A program made the position numbers and the translations under genes. A DNA stretch of 35,002 bases from a virus. Location: IMG/VR virus record IMGVR_UViG_3300033412_000041, one strand, 5' to 3'. This document shows, piece after piece, positions 22,183-29,855 of this stretch. Below the pieces are notes generated by a model. The model was given only the letters and a program-made list of their open reading frames with translations, was not told where the DNA came from and ran no database searches. Within the stretch, counting starts at the first letter, position 1; each line of letters begins with the position of its first letter.

Positions 22183-23019
22183 ATGCTAATGACAAGTTTT
22201 CATAATGATAATAAAATTAAGGAAAAATATCTTAATCGTGTAATTAAACACCGTGAAATGGATAACATTATACAAGGAACAGGATGGAAAAATGGTAAGG
22301 GATGTGCTGTTGGATGCACATTAGAAAATTATGATCACTCTCTATACCCAATAGAATTGGGATTACCAATATGGTTGGCTAAATTAGAGGATGTAATATT
22401 TGAAAATCTTCCTAATGAAGAAGCAATTTTATGGCCTGAATTGTTTTTGAGTTCTATTCCAGTTGGAGTATGTGTAGAAAAAGTAAAACATCAATTATCA
22501 ATTATTAGAATTAATAACATGTTAGAAATACAAAATAAATTACTTAAATATTATAAAAATTCAAATTTAGAAAAAATATTTATTGATGTTATTTCATCTA
22601 TTGAGTTAATTAAAAAATGTCATGAATCAGAATTAAATAAAAATTATTGCGATTGGTCATCAGCAGAGTCATCAGCATGGTCAGCAGTAGAGTCAGCAAT
22701 GTCAGCAGCAGAGTCAGCAGTAGAGTCAGCATGGTCAGCAAGGTCAGCAAGGTCAGCAATGTCAGCAGTAGAGTCAGCAATGTCAGCAGTAGAGTCAGCA
22801 AGGTCAGCAGCATGGTCAGCAAGGTCAGCAGTAGAGTCAGCAAGGTCAGAAGCATGGTCAGCAGCATGGTCAGCAGCAAGGTCAGCAGTAGAGTCAGCAA
22901 GGTCAGCAGCATGGTCAGCAGCATGGTCAGCAGCATGGTCAGCAGTAGAGTCAGAAAGGTCATATTCATGGAAAAAAGAAGCAAATAATTTAATTGAACT
23001 ACTTAAACAATGTAAATAG
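22183..23019 (+). CDS. Two-part protein: conserved Cys-containing N-terminal domain plus a C-terminal (x-S-A) repeat helix
   Basis: 278 aa. The N-terminus reads ...DNIIQGTGWKNGKGCAVGCTLENYDHSLYPIELGLPIWLAKLEDVIFENLP... and residues 158-259 are SAW/SAVE/SAM/SAR/SAAW units. Function unknown. Confidence 0.6.
   Translation: MLMTSFHNDNKIKEKYLNRVIKHREMDNIIQGTGWKNGKGCAVGCTLENYDHSLYPIELGLPIWLAKLEDVIFENLPNEEAILWPELFLSSIPVGVCVEKVKHQLSIIRINNMLEIQNKLLKYYKNSNLEKIFIDVISSIELIKKCHESELNKNYCDWSSAESSAWSAVESAMSAAESAVESAWSARSARSAMSAVESAMSAVESARSAAWSARSAVESARSEAWSAAWSAARSAVESARSAAWSAAWSAAWSAVESERSYSWKKEANNLIELLKQCK
22657..22962 (+). repeat. Coding micro-repeat array: 26 TCAGCA (+2 TCAGAA) cores in 9- and 12-nt units
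   Basis: Counted by eye. The units are TGG/AGG/ATG/GAG + TCAGCA with an optional GCA or GTA. Every Ser is TCA, every Ala GCA, Arg AGG and Glu GAG. The region is open in several frames on both strands. Confidence 0.85.
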
Positions 23020-23028
23020 GAGAAACTT

Positions 23029-23133
23029 ATGGAACAAAATGAAGAAATTATGTTAACTGATTATCAAGAAAAAATTAAAGAAATCATACAGAAAATTGAT
23101 CTAGCAATGGAAGCAATGGAGACAATTCAATGA
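23029..23133 (+). CDS. 34-aa acidic peptide, not in the track
   Basis: AGGAGAAACTT-ATG. My translation is MEQNEEIMLTDYQEKIKEIIQKIDLAMEAMETIQ. The stop overlaps the next start as ATGA. Confidence 0.35.
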   Translation: MEQNEEIMLTDYQEKIKEIIQKIDLAMEAMETIQ

Positions 23134-23555
23134 AAATTACACCTAGAACTGAAGAAGAAATTAAGAGAAGGAATTTAATCGATCCTGGAGTATATGAATT
23201 TATCGTACATGAAGCAAAAGAAAAAGTATCTAAAACAAGCGGAAATCCTATGATTGAAGTTGTTTTGAAAGTAACAGATATTTACGGAAAAGTTCATACA
23301 TTGTACGATTATTTGATGGATACAGAATATTCTGATTATAAAATTAGGCATCTTTCAGAATGCTCAGGTTGTTTGGATAAATATGAAAATGGAGAAGTTT
23401 TTGCTTCAGATTTTTTAGGTAAAAAAGGTAAAGTTAAGGTAACAATAAGGAAAGATAAAAAAGGAGAAAGAGAAGATAAAAATTCTGTTCAAGATTATAT
23501 AGCTAATAAATTAATAAATATTGATAATTTTGAAGATGATTCTTTACCATTTTAA
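23130..23555 (+). CDS. Phage single-stranded DNA-binding protein (DUF669-like) with an SSB-type acidic tail
   Basis: 141 aa. The C-terminus ...NIDNFEDDSLPF mimics the bacterial SSB tip DDDIPF. The N-terminus NLIDPGVYEFIVHEAKEKVSKTSGNPMIEV fits DUF669 from memory. Confidence 0.5.
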   Translation: MKITPRTEEEIKRRNLIDPGVYEFIVHEAKEKVSKTSGNPMIEVVLKVTDIYGKVHTLYDYLMDTEYSDYKIRHLSECSGCLDKYENGEVFASDFLGKKGKVKVTIRKDKKGEREDKNSVQDYIANKLINIDNFEDDSLPF

Positions 23556-23572
23556 ATAATTGTTTAATTTAG

Positions 23573-23620
23573 TATCCTACATGTGATAAAATAGAACAGT
23601 TTTTAATCATGTGTAGGATA
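23573..23620 (+). promoter_or_regulatory. 15-bp RNA hairpin whose 3' arm contains the SD of the next gene
   Basis: TATCCTACATGTGAT (23573-23587) pairs with ATCATGTGTAGGATA (23606-23620). Two positions are G-U wobbles in the plus-sense RNA only. AGGA at 23615-23618 lies 6 nt before the ATG at 23625. Confidence 0.5.
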
Positions 23621-23624
23621 TTAT

Positions 23625-23900
23625 ATGAAAACATTTTATAAGATATTTTTGTTCTCAATGTTTTTAATAATTCCTTTTTATTGTTTTGCTGAAACTGAAG
23701 ACGATGGATATTTTATTGATGATAATTCAAAAGAATATTTTGAAACTTCTGTTGGTGAAAACAATGATGAAAACATTTCATCAAAGGAAAAAAGTTTAGA
23801 ATCTAGGACAGAAAAAAAGCAATATAGTTATGATGTAGAAATATCTCCTTATGTAAGCGTTAGATATACATCTACAAGTACTATAAAAGAAGATTATTAA
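23625..23900 (+). CDS. Secreted acidic protein (signal peptide)
   Basis: 91 aa. MKTFYKIFLFSMFLIIPFYCFA followed by ETEDDG... Confidence 0.5.
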   Translation: MKTFYKIFLFSMFLIIPFYCFAETEDDGYFIDDNSKEYFETSVGENNDENISSKEKSLESRTEKKQYSYDVEISPYVSVRYTSTSTIKEDY

Positions 23901-23904
23901 TTAT

Positions 23905-23932
23905 ATATTCCCGTTAATAGCGGGAATATTTT
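23905..23932 (+). terminator. Candidate intrinsic terminator or attenuator
   Basis: 9-bp stem ATATTCCCG/CGGGAATAT with a 7-nt loop, followed by a short TTT run. Confidence 0.4.
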
Positions 23933-23944
23933 AAACGGAATTAT

Positions 23945-24154
23945 ATGAAGTGTATTATATTTTTATTAATGTTTTTACCAATTATTTCTCATTCTATGGA
24001 AATAACATGCTTTAGTATGCAGAAAAAAATATATCATGGATATAGTGAAAATGTTTATTATAATGATAATTTCTTAATATTCTTTGATAAAAAACAAGAT
24101 AAAAGTATATACATAAGAGCAGAATGTGTTTTAATTAATTCAAAAACTTTGTGA
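23945..24154 (+). CDS. Small secreted or membrane protein
   Basis: 69 aa with the hydrophobic N-terminus [17 protein letters not shown]. Confidence 0.4.
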   Translation: MKCIIFLLMFLPIISHSMEITCFSMQKKIYHGYSENVYYNDNFLIFFDKKQDKSIYIRAECVLINSKTL

Positions 24155-24161
24155 GGTTTAT

Positions 24162-24302
24162 ATGCCATTAAAACCAGGAAAAAGTAAAAAGACAATAAGC
24201 AAAAATATATCACGATTAGTTAAGGAAAACTACCCACAAAAACAAGCAGTAGCTATTGCATTCAGCAAAGCACGTAAATCAAAGAAAAAGAAATCTAGTT
24301 AA
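24162..24302 (+). CDS. 46-aa basic protein, not in the track
   Basis: GAGG lies 5 nt upstream. My translation is [46 protein letters not shown], which resembles a widespread small family (...PxKQAVAIAxSKA...). Its stop overlaps the convergent fibre stop in TTAA. Confidence 0.45.
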   Translation: MPLKPGKSKKTISKNISRLVKENYPQKQAVAIAFSKARKSKKKKSS

Positions 24303-25450
24303 CCATTAAAGTACGACACTATTAATAATAATCCATTACCGCCATTACCTCCGGCTCTATTAGTAGCGTTTCCAGCCATAGCACCAGCACCACCACCACC
24401 TGCTAAACCACCTACGTTTCCATTAATACCAGCAGCAGTAGATTGACTTCTAGCACCACCACCACCAGCTCCTGCACTTCCTCCATTACCGCTGTAAGCA
24501 GCTGTACCGCTCAAAGTTACACCAACACCACCACCTTGACCTGGAAAATTAAGTGATCCTCCACTCGCTGTTCCACCATTTCCTCCAACCACTAAAGCTA
24601 TCGCTGTACCAGAAGTTTGTGCAGTACCACCTACTCCTCCTCCAGCTGTCATCACATCAAAAGTAGTATCACCACCATTTGATCCGTTATTTGCTCCTGC
24701 GGCACCACCAGCTCCCAGTGCTCCTACGGAATAAGTATAAGATCCTGCAGGATATACTCTGAATGAATATCCTCCGCCACCACCTCCGCTAGCTCCTCCA
24801 GCATTTGATGCTGCTCCAGCAACACCTCCACCACCACCGCCTCCTCCCCATATGTGCACCTCAATATGAGTACATCCAGCAGCAGTACTGAATGTTCCAG
24901 AGCTTCCAGCAGTAAAAATTGTAGTAGTTGTAATAGGGATATTTGCCAGAACAGCTGTTGGTATTGTAGATCCAATAGTTGGAACACCGGTGCCACCTGT
25001 AACGAGAATACCATTATTTGCAGTTGTTATTTCACCAATAGTGTTTGTAGCAGTACTATATAGTATTTGGGAAGCAGTAGTTGAAGATTTACCTGTACCA
25101 CCATTAGCAACAGGAAGAACACCTGTAACCTTTGTAGTAAGATCAATACTTCCAGCCAACATCGTATTGGTAATTTTACCCGCACCAATAGCAGTTACAC
25201 CAGTGGAATTTATTGTTACATCTCCACTCATGGCGTTGGTTACCCACTGTGTACCAGAACCAATAAGAAGATTACCTGCAGTAGCAGTCGTTGATCCCAA
25301 TGTGACATTGTTAATCTTAGCAACAGTTGGGTTAGGATAAGAACTAGATAAATCTCCTCCAGCTGATCCACCTGATCCGCTAGTGTTACCAGTACCTCCT
25401 AATGAGATAGGAAGAGGTATTGAGCTAGATAATCCAATTATGTTAGTCAT
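24299..25450 (-). CDS. Tail fibre with a C-terminal glycine-rich domain
   Basis: I prefer the ATG at 25450 (MTNIIGLSS...), after the upstream stop, over the track start at 25489. [12 protein letters not shown] fibre motifs are followed by [11 protein letters not shown]...GGGGGGYSF...GGDTTF and further Gly runs. Confidence 0.6.
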   Translation of the reverse strand: MTNIIGLSSSIPLPISLGGTGNTSGSGGSAGGDLSSSYPNPTVAKINNVTLGSTTATAGNLLIGSGTQWVTNAMSGDVTINSTGVTAIGAGKITNTMLAGSIDLTTKVTGVLPVANGGTGKSSTTASQILYSTATNTIGEITTANNGILVTGGTGVPTIGSTIPTAVLANIPITTTTIFTAGSSGTFSTAAGCTHIEVHIWGGGGGGGGVAGAASNAGGASGGGGGGYSFRVYPAGSYTYSVGALGAGGAAGANNGSNGGDTTFDVMTAGGGVGGTAQTSGTAIALVVGGNGGTASGGSLNFPGQGGGVGVTLSGTAAYSGNGGSAGAGGGGARSQSTAAGINGNVGGLAGGGGAGAMAGNATNRAGGNGGNGLLLIVSYFNG

Positions 25451-25461
25451 AAAATATACCT

Positions 25462-25929
25462 TTAGGATATTTGAGCAATATATAGCCAAGAAACATAAGG
25501 GCTATTACCTCCGCTTATGCCGACCAAATTAGAAGATGCATTATTTACAGTAGCTGTTATGGAAATTGATTGTGAAGAAGCTAAGTTATAAATTATAGAT
25601 CCAGAACATGTGAATATATTGTTTGAACTTTTTGATGAATTTAAACCACATTCGAACAACCTGTATGAATTTAGATTAGCAGATATTGCACATTGATTAC
25701 CATTAGCTCCGGATGTCAAATTGTTTAAATCCAAGGAACAAGCTATAAAATAATTACCTGGTCTAAAAGTAGTATAAATACCGTTTATAGTGCTATATCC
25801 AGTACCAAAAGCGACAGTATCAAATATAACTGTATAAGTAGCTGCATTTCCTGTTACATTAGTTACACCTGTGTTAAGGTAAGCTAACATTCTAGGTCTT
25901 TGTGGGTTATTTAATATATTATTTCCCAT
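25462..25929 (-). CDS. C1q/TNF-like jelly-roll head protein, paralogue 3
   Basis: 155 aa: ...MLAYLNTGVTNVTGNAATYTVIFDTVAFGTGYSTINGIYTTFRPGNYFIAC... Aligns with the two upstream paralogues. Confidence 0.55.
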   Translation of the reverse strand: MGNNILNNPQRPRMLAYLNTGVTNVTGNAATYTVIFDTVAFGTGYSTINGIYTTFRPGNYFIACSLDLNNLTSGANGNQCAISANLNSYRLFECGLNSSKSSNNIFTCSGSIIYNLASSQSISITATVNNASSNLVGISGGNSPYVSWLYIAQIS

Positions 25930-25930
25930 A

Positions 25931-26374
25931 TTAAAATAGCCTTATAATGGAAAGAAATGAGTTACTAGCTACCCCTACAATTTTCCCCATGTTAGACACT
26001 TGCACATCAACGTGAGCTGTATCATTAACTGCCATATGGGCAATTATAGATCCTGGAAACTTACACTGTAATCCAGTATTTTTCCAATTTCCTGTGCTAA
26101 ACGTAGCGAAAATATAACTGCTAGATGTTGTTACCAAAGTAAATATAGTATTAGATACTGCAGAATTTAAATTACTAAGATTAGGCTTCAAAATAAATAA
26201 ATACATTCCTGCAATGGTAGCAGTGAATACTCCAGTTCCAGTGTTAAAGTTTCCACCTTGTACTACAGGATTGAAGAGAGCTGTAACTGTTGTTCCATCA
26301 CCAGTAGCATTAGGCTGGTTAACTGTCGAGTAACAAACTACAAAAGGATTCGATGATGAGTTTATTAAATTCAT
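25931..26374 (-). CDS. C1q/TNF-like jelly-roll head protein, paralogue 2
   Basis: 147 aa: ...PFVVCYSTVNQPNATGDGTTVTALFNPVVQGGNFNTGTGVFTATIAGMYLFIL...NDTAHVDVQVSN...SFLSIIRLF. Confidence 0.6.
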   Translation of the reverse strand: MNLINSSSNPFVVCYSTVNQPNATGDGTTVTALFNPVVQGGNFNTGTGVFTATIAGMYLFILKPNLSNLNSAVSNTIFTLVTTSSSYIFATFSTGNWKNTGLQCKFPGSIIAHMAVNDTAHVDVQVSNMGKIVGVASNSFLSIIRLF

Positions 26375-26820
26375 AGTAACCTCACAGCAGAGAATGTACT
26401 TAAAGTATCAAAATTTATTGTTTTAGTTGAATTTGAAACCTGTACTGTTACAGATGCTGTATCACCAGAGACCATAGGAACTGGTACACAACCAGGAGGA
26501 GTCATCATGTTAGTAGCAGAATTTCTACCAGTTGCAGGACTGAATTCATTAAATTTGAAAGTACCAAAAGTTGTTACTAGATTACATTTTCCTAATGTAT
26601 GAGCTGCACCTACATTGGTTAAAAACACCATTACCAAAAATAAATAATCTCCATCCATAGGAGCAGTAAAAACTCCTGTAGATGTATTGTAACCAGATCC
26701 TGAAGATAATGTATCCCATATAGCAGTATATGTAGTTCCATCTCCAGTGACGTTAGCAGCCTGTGAAGATAGAGTCGCTATAAAAAATGGCGTTGCTTGC
26801 TGGTTAATTATATTAGCCAT
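26371..26820 (-). CDS. C1q/TNF-like jelly-roll head protein, paralogue 1
   Basis: I prefer the ATG at 26820, overlapping the upstream stop as TAATG (149 aa): ...PFFIATLSSQAANVTGDGTTYTAIWDTLSSGSGYNTSTGVFTAPMDGDYLFLV...SGDTASVTVQVSN...STFSAVRLL. Confidence 0.6.
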   Translation of the reverse strand: MANIINQQATPFFIATLSSQAANVTGDGTTYTAIWDTLSSGSGYNTSTGVFTAPMDGDYLFLVMVFLTNVGAAHTLGKCNLVTTFGTFKFNEFSPATGRNSATNMMTPPGCVPVPMVSGDTASVTVQVSNSTKTINFDTLSTFSAVRLL

Positions 26821-29800
26821 TAAGTCACCACTAAATTTAGTCCACCTGCAGGATAAACTACCCAAAGTCCAGAAGCATCATCAGTAAAAGTAGCGCAATC
26901 GGTTGCAGAACCTGATGTTGATATTATATTACCTCCAGCTGCACTTAGTGAGCTCATGAACTGTATTTTATCTGTACCAGTAGTATTAACTCTCCAACCA
27001 CTTGTACTTGCTGGTGGATACGAGACTAATACAATTGACTTACCACTACCTGTTGCTGCAGGAAGTGTATATACGCACTGTCCTCCAGAATAATTATTCG
27101 CATATCTAGTATTTACTAACATTGATTGTGTAGATGCAGTAACAACAACATGTGATGTTATGCTGTAAGTAGGTACGCTAGTAAAATTACCGCTTCCGTC
27201 AGTAGCGACTATGGAGCTTGCCGAAACCCCGTTCACTTGTAGGTTTCCGGCAGAAGTGACCGTGAGAGCAGTAGTAAAAGTTATGTTACTACCCTGAGTT
27301 ACTCCGATTGCTGCATCTATCGTAAGATTATTCGAACTCTTATTTATTCGAAAATTACTTCCTGAGCTATAAGAAGACTTTGTATCAGTACCATCAAAAT
27401 AACAGTCAAAATTTAAGTATTCTGTTCCATGTGAAGGAGCAACTAAATTTATTAATGGGAAGCCATCTACATGGTCATATAAATTCAAAGAGCTATCTGT
27501 GGTTGAATTTTGTCCTACAATATTTAATCTTGCTGATTGAGTTAAAGAAGGTGCAGCTACGGAATTCAACATAAGCTGAGCCATGTCGAAACTTCCACCT
27601 CTTGCAGTAGTCAAACTTCCTGTAACCCTTGCAACTAATGTATTATCCGTAATACTAGGAATATCAACAGCTCCTGCAGCTGCCATTGATAAACCAACTG
27701 CTGGAACTATAGGAGTTCCTGCTGAACCGCTAGTTGCACTTTTAAATGTAATTCCACCTGAACCAACTTCTACAGTAAATGCATTCCCGGTTCCATTGAA
27801 TTTATATGTTGATGATCCACCATCCCAATCTAAATTATAAGATAAAAATGCATTACCACCAGATGTGACACCAATGTTTCTTCCTGATCCACCAAGAGAT
27901 ATATAATCTCCATCAGATAAAACAGGATCAAGAACAAAAGGTGCAACTGTAGATAATAAAGGACCACCACCATTGTTTAAAGTTAATCCACCTAGAGTAT
28001 AAAAACCTGTAGCTGATTCTAAGTTTTTGCCAGAATCTGATCCTATTAGTGTACTACCAGAACTTAATCCACTTAATTGAAGAGCAGACATATTCATTTT
28101 GTTTGTTGATGGATTAAATGACCATCCGGTAGATAATCTTACTTGCTGATATCCATTGGTAGTACTAGCTACAAATATTGGGAAAAATGAAGCATTCGTA
28201 TTAGTCTGCAAAGTATTAATGCTGTTTGCCTGTCCAGCCTGTAATCCAGCGTCAAATAGTCTACCGCCAGTTGTGTCAAATACTGCAATGTTTCCAATTG
28301 TAACTGGAGTACCTGTAACATTCTGATATGTAGAACCACCATTTTGACTTAAGTATAAATTATTTACACCTTGAGGAAGTACATCTGTAGAAGTAAATCC
28401 TCCAAATTGAGTGGTATCTAAAAGTGAAATTTCAAAAGTTGATACAGTAACTGGATTTGCAGTTGCACTTTCATTAGATATCCATACCTGTAAAGAATCT
28501 GTTGGTCCTGTCATTTCTAAATTAGCAACAAATGGTATAGATTGTGGTCCTGGTGCTCCTGTTGGATCTACTGTTATTGTTGCAATAGCATTCGTTAATA
28601 CAGTAGAGCTTCCGCTATCTATTAATAAATATACTGAATAAGTTTGTGTCAAAACACTTGATGTTCTAACAGTTAAAACACCATTAATTAATATTCTTCT
28701 TGGCGCTGTAGTTAAAAATTGAGCTACTGGTGTTCCGCCAGAAAGTGAAACATTAAAGTTATTTTGAAAAACAACATTAACTCCATCACTCAAAATAGGA
28801 GTTGGTGTAGATGGACCTGAAAATGTTGTTGGTGTTATATTTGCTGGTCTAAAATAAAATGCTTGTCCTGAAGTAACAGCAGAAGGTCCACTAGTAGCTG
28901 ATATTGTTATATCTCCACCTAACTCCGAAATATTTATATTTGCTCCAGCAACAAGTTCAGCTCTTCCGCTTATTCCATTTATACTTTCAACATAACTAAA
29001 AAATGACCAATTACCATCATCAGATGAATTTCCATTAGATATAAAATGAGTGTTGGCCGGAGAATCTAATGTTACTAAAAAACTTCCTCCAGAAGTAAAT
29101 ACATCTATATTCTTAAAACCTGGAAGAATTATTATAAATGGTCCTTGTGATAATAAAAATGATCCATCATCTCCAAAAAATGCTGATGGAAGATAAATAG
29201 AATTTCCATTTGTATTACATGCTATAGTAATATAATTAGGACATGGATTACTTAAATGATATTGATTACCAACAAAATCTGAATCTGTAAGTAATATAGA
29301 TTCTCCTGACCCAAATCCTAAATTAGAAAAAGAATCTTGATTATTTGATACATCGGAAAGATTATTAGCTATCCTTAAAAAAGGACCAGAACCACCACCT
29401 CCTCCAGTAGTAACATTAACAAATGATGCTCCTGAAGAATCTATTCCTCCTATTGAAGAAGGTAAAGGTTCTATTAATACATACATATTACCTGCAAATG
29501 TATTTCCAGAATCTACTGAAAAATATTGACCAGATTTTAATTGTTCGATAGATTGAAAATCATTAGATCTTTCTAATTGCCATAAGCTAATAGAACTTCC
29601 TTTGGATTTTACAATATATATTCCATTTTCATTTGAATTAGTTTGTTCAGGTAATAATATTCTGTCATTTAATTCAACATTAACAGAATCTATAGAAAGA
29701 GAACCAACATTAATTGCCGTTAATGTTGATCCTATTCCATTATTTAATTTACCGTTATAGTAAATACCAGATAAATTTCCATTAAAAACTAATCTAACAG

Positions 29801-29840
29801 ATGTTAATTGTTGATATATATTAAATGACGATCCTGTCAT
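26820..29840 (-). CDS. Large tail fibre/spike (1006 aa) with an N-terminal anchor paralogous to 29856..30602
   Basis: The N-terminal approx. 170 aa align with the neighbouring 248-aa protein, including the NNLSDV...NLG fibre motif. The rest is Ser/Thr/Gly/Asn-rich and beta-like. Confidence 0.65.
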   Translation of the reverse strand: MTGSSFNIYQQLTSVRLVFNGNLSGIYYNGKLNNGIGSTLTAINVGSLSIDSVNVELNDRILLPEQTNSNENGIYIVKSKGSSISLWQLERSNDFQSIEQLKSGQYFSVDSGNTFAGNMYVLIEPLPSSIGGIDSSGASFVNVTTGGGGGSGPFLRIANNLSDVSNNQDSFSNLGFGSGESILLTDSDFVGNQYHLSNPCPNYITIACNTNGNSIYLPSAFFGDDGSFLLSQGPFIIILPGFKNIDVFTSGGSFLVTLDSPANTHFISNGNSSDDGNWSFFSYVESINGISGRAELVAGANINISELGGDITISATSGPSAVTSGQAFYFRPANITPTTFSGPSTPTPILSDGVNVVFQNNFNVSLSGGTPVAQFLTTAPRRILINGVLTVRTSSVLTQTYSVYLLIDSGSSTVLTNAIATITVDPTGAPGPQSIPFVANLEMTGPTDSLQVWISNESATANPVTVSTFEISLLDTTQFGGFTSTDVLPQGVNNLYLSQNGGSTYQNVTGTPVTIGNIAVFDTTGGRLFDAGLQAGQANSINTLQTNTNASFFPIFVASTTNGYQQVRLSTGWSFNPSTNKMNMSALQLSGLSSGSTLIGSDSGKNLESATGFYTLGGLTLNNGGGPLLSTVAPFVLDPVLSDGDYISLGGSGRNIGVTSGGNAFLSYNLDWDGGSSTYKFNGTGNAFTVEVGSGGITFKSATSGSAGTPIVPAVGLSMAAAGAVDIPSITDNTLVARVTGSLTTARGGSFDMAQLMLNSVAAPSLTQSARLNIVGQNSTTDSSLNLYDHVDGFPLINLVAPSHGTEYLNFDCYFDGTDTKSSYSSGSNFRINKSSNNLTIDAAIGVTQGSNITFTTALTVTSAGNLQVNGVSASSIVATDGSGNFTSVPTYSITSHVVVTASTQSMLVNTRYANNYSGGQCVYTLPAATGSGKSIVLVSYPPASTSGWRVNTTGTDKIQFMSSLSAAGGNIISTSGSATDCATFTDDASGLWVVYPAGGLNLVVT

Positions 29841-29855
29841 AAAAAAACTCCATGA

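Noticed and set aside
22657-22962. CRISPR-like or satellite array, suggested by the dense short repeats
   Set aside because: The units are only 9-12 nt with no unique spacers and they keep one long reading frame continuous with a conserved N-terminal domain. This is a coding micro-repeat.
22610-22988. Track ORFs 22610..22984 (-) MLLTMLLT... and 22647..22988 (+) SRVSNVSS...
   Set aside because: These are frame-shifted or antisense readings of the same TCAGCA array. They are low-complexity artefacts with no independent start signals.
24724-25340. ORFs 24724..25014 (-), 24854..25063 (+) and 24990..25340 (+) inside the Gly-rich fibre gene
   Set aside because: They are alternative-frame or antisense readings of GGN/ACC-rich sequence. 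The long fibre frame explains the region.
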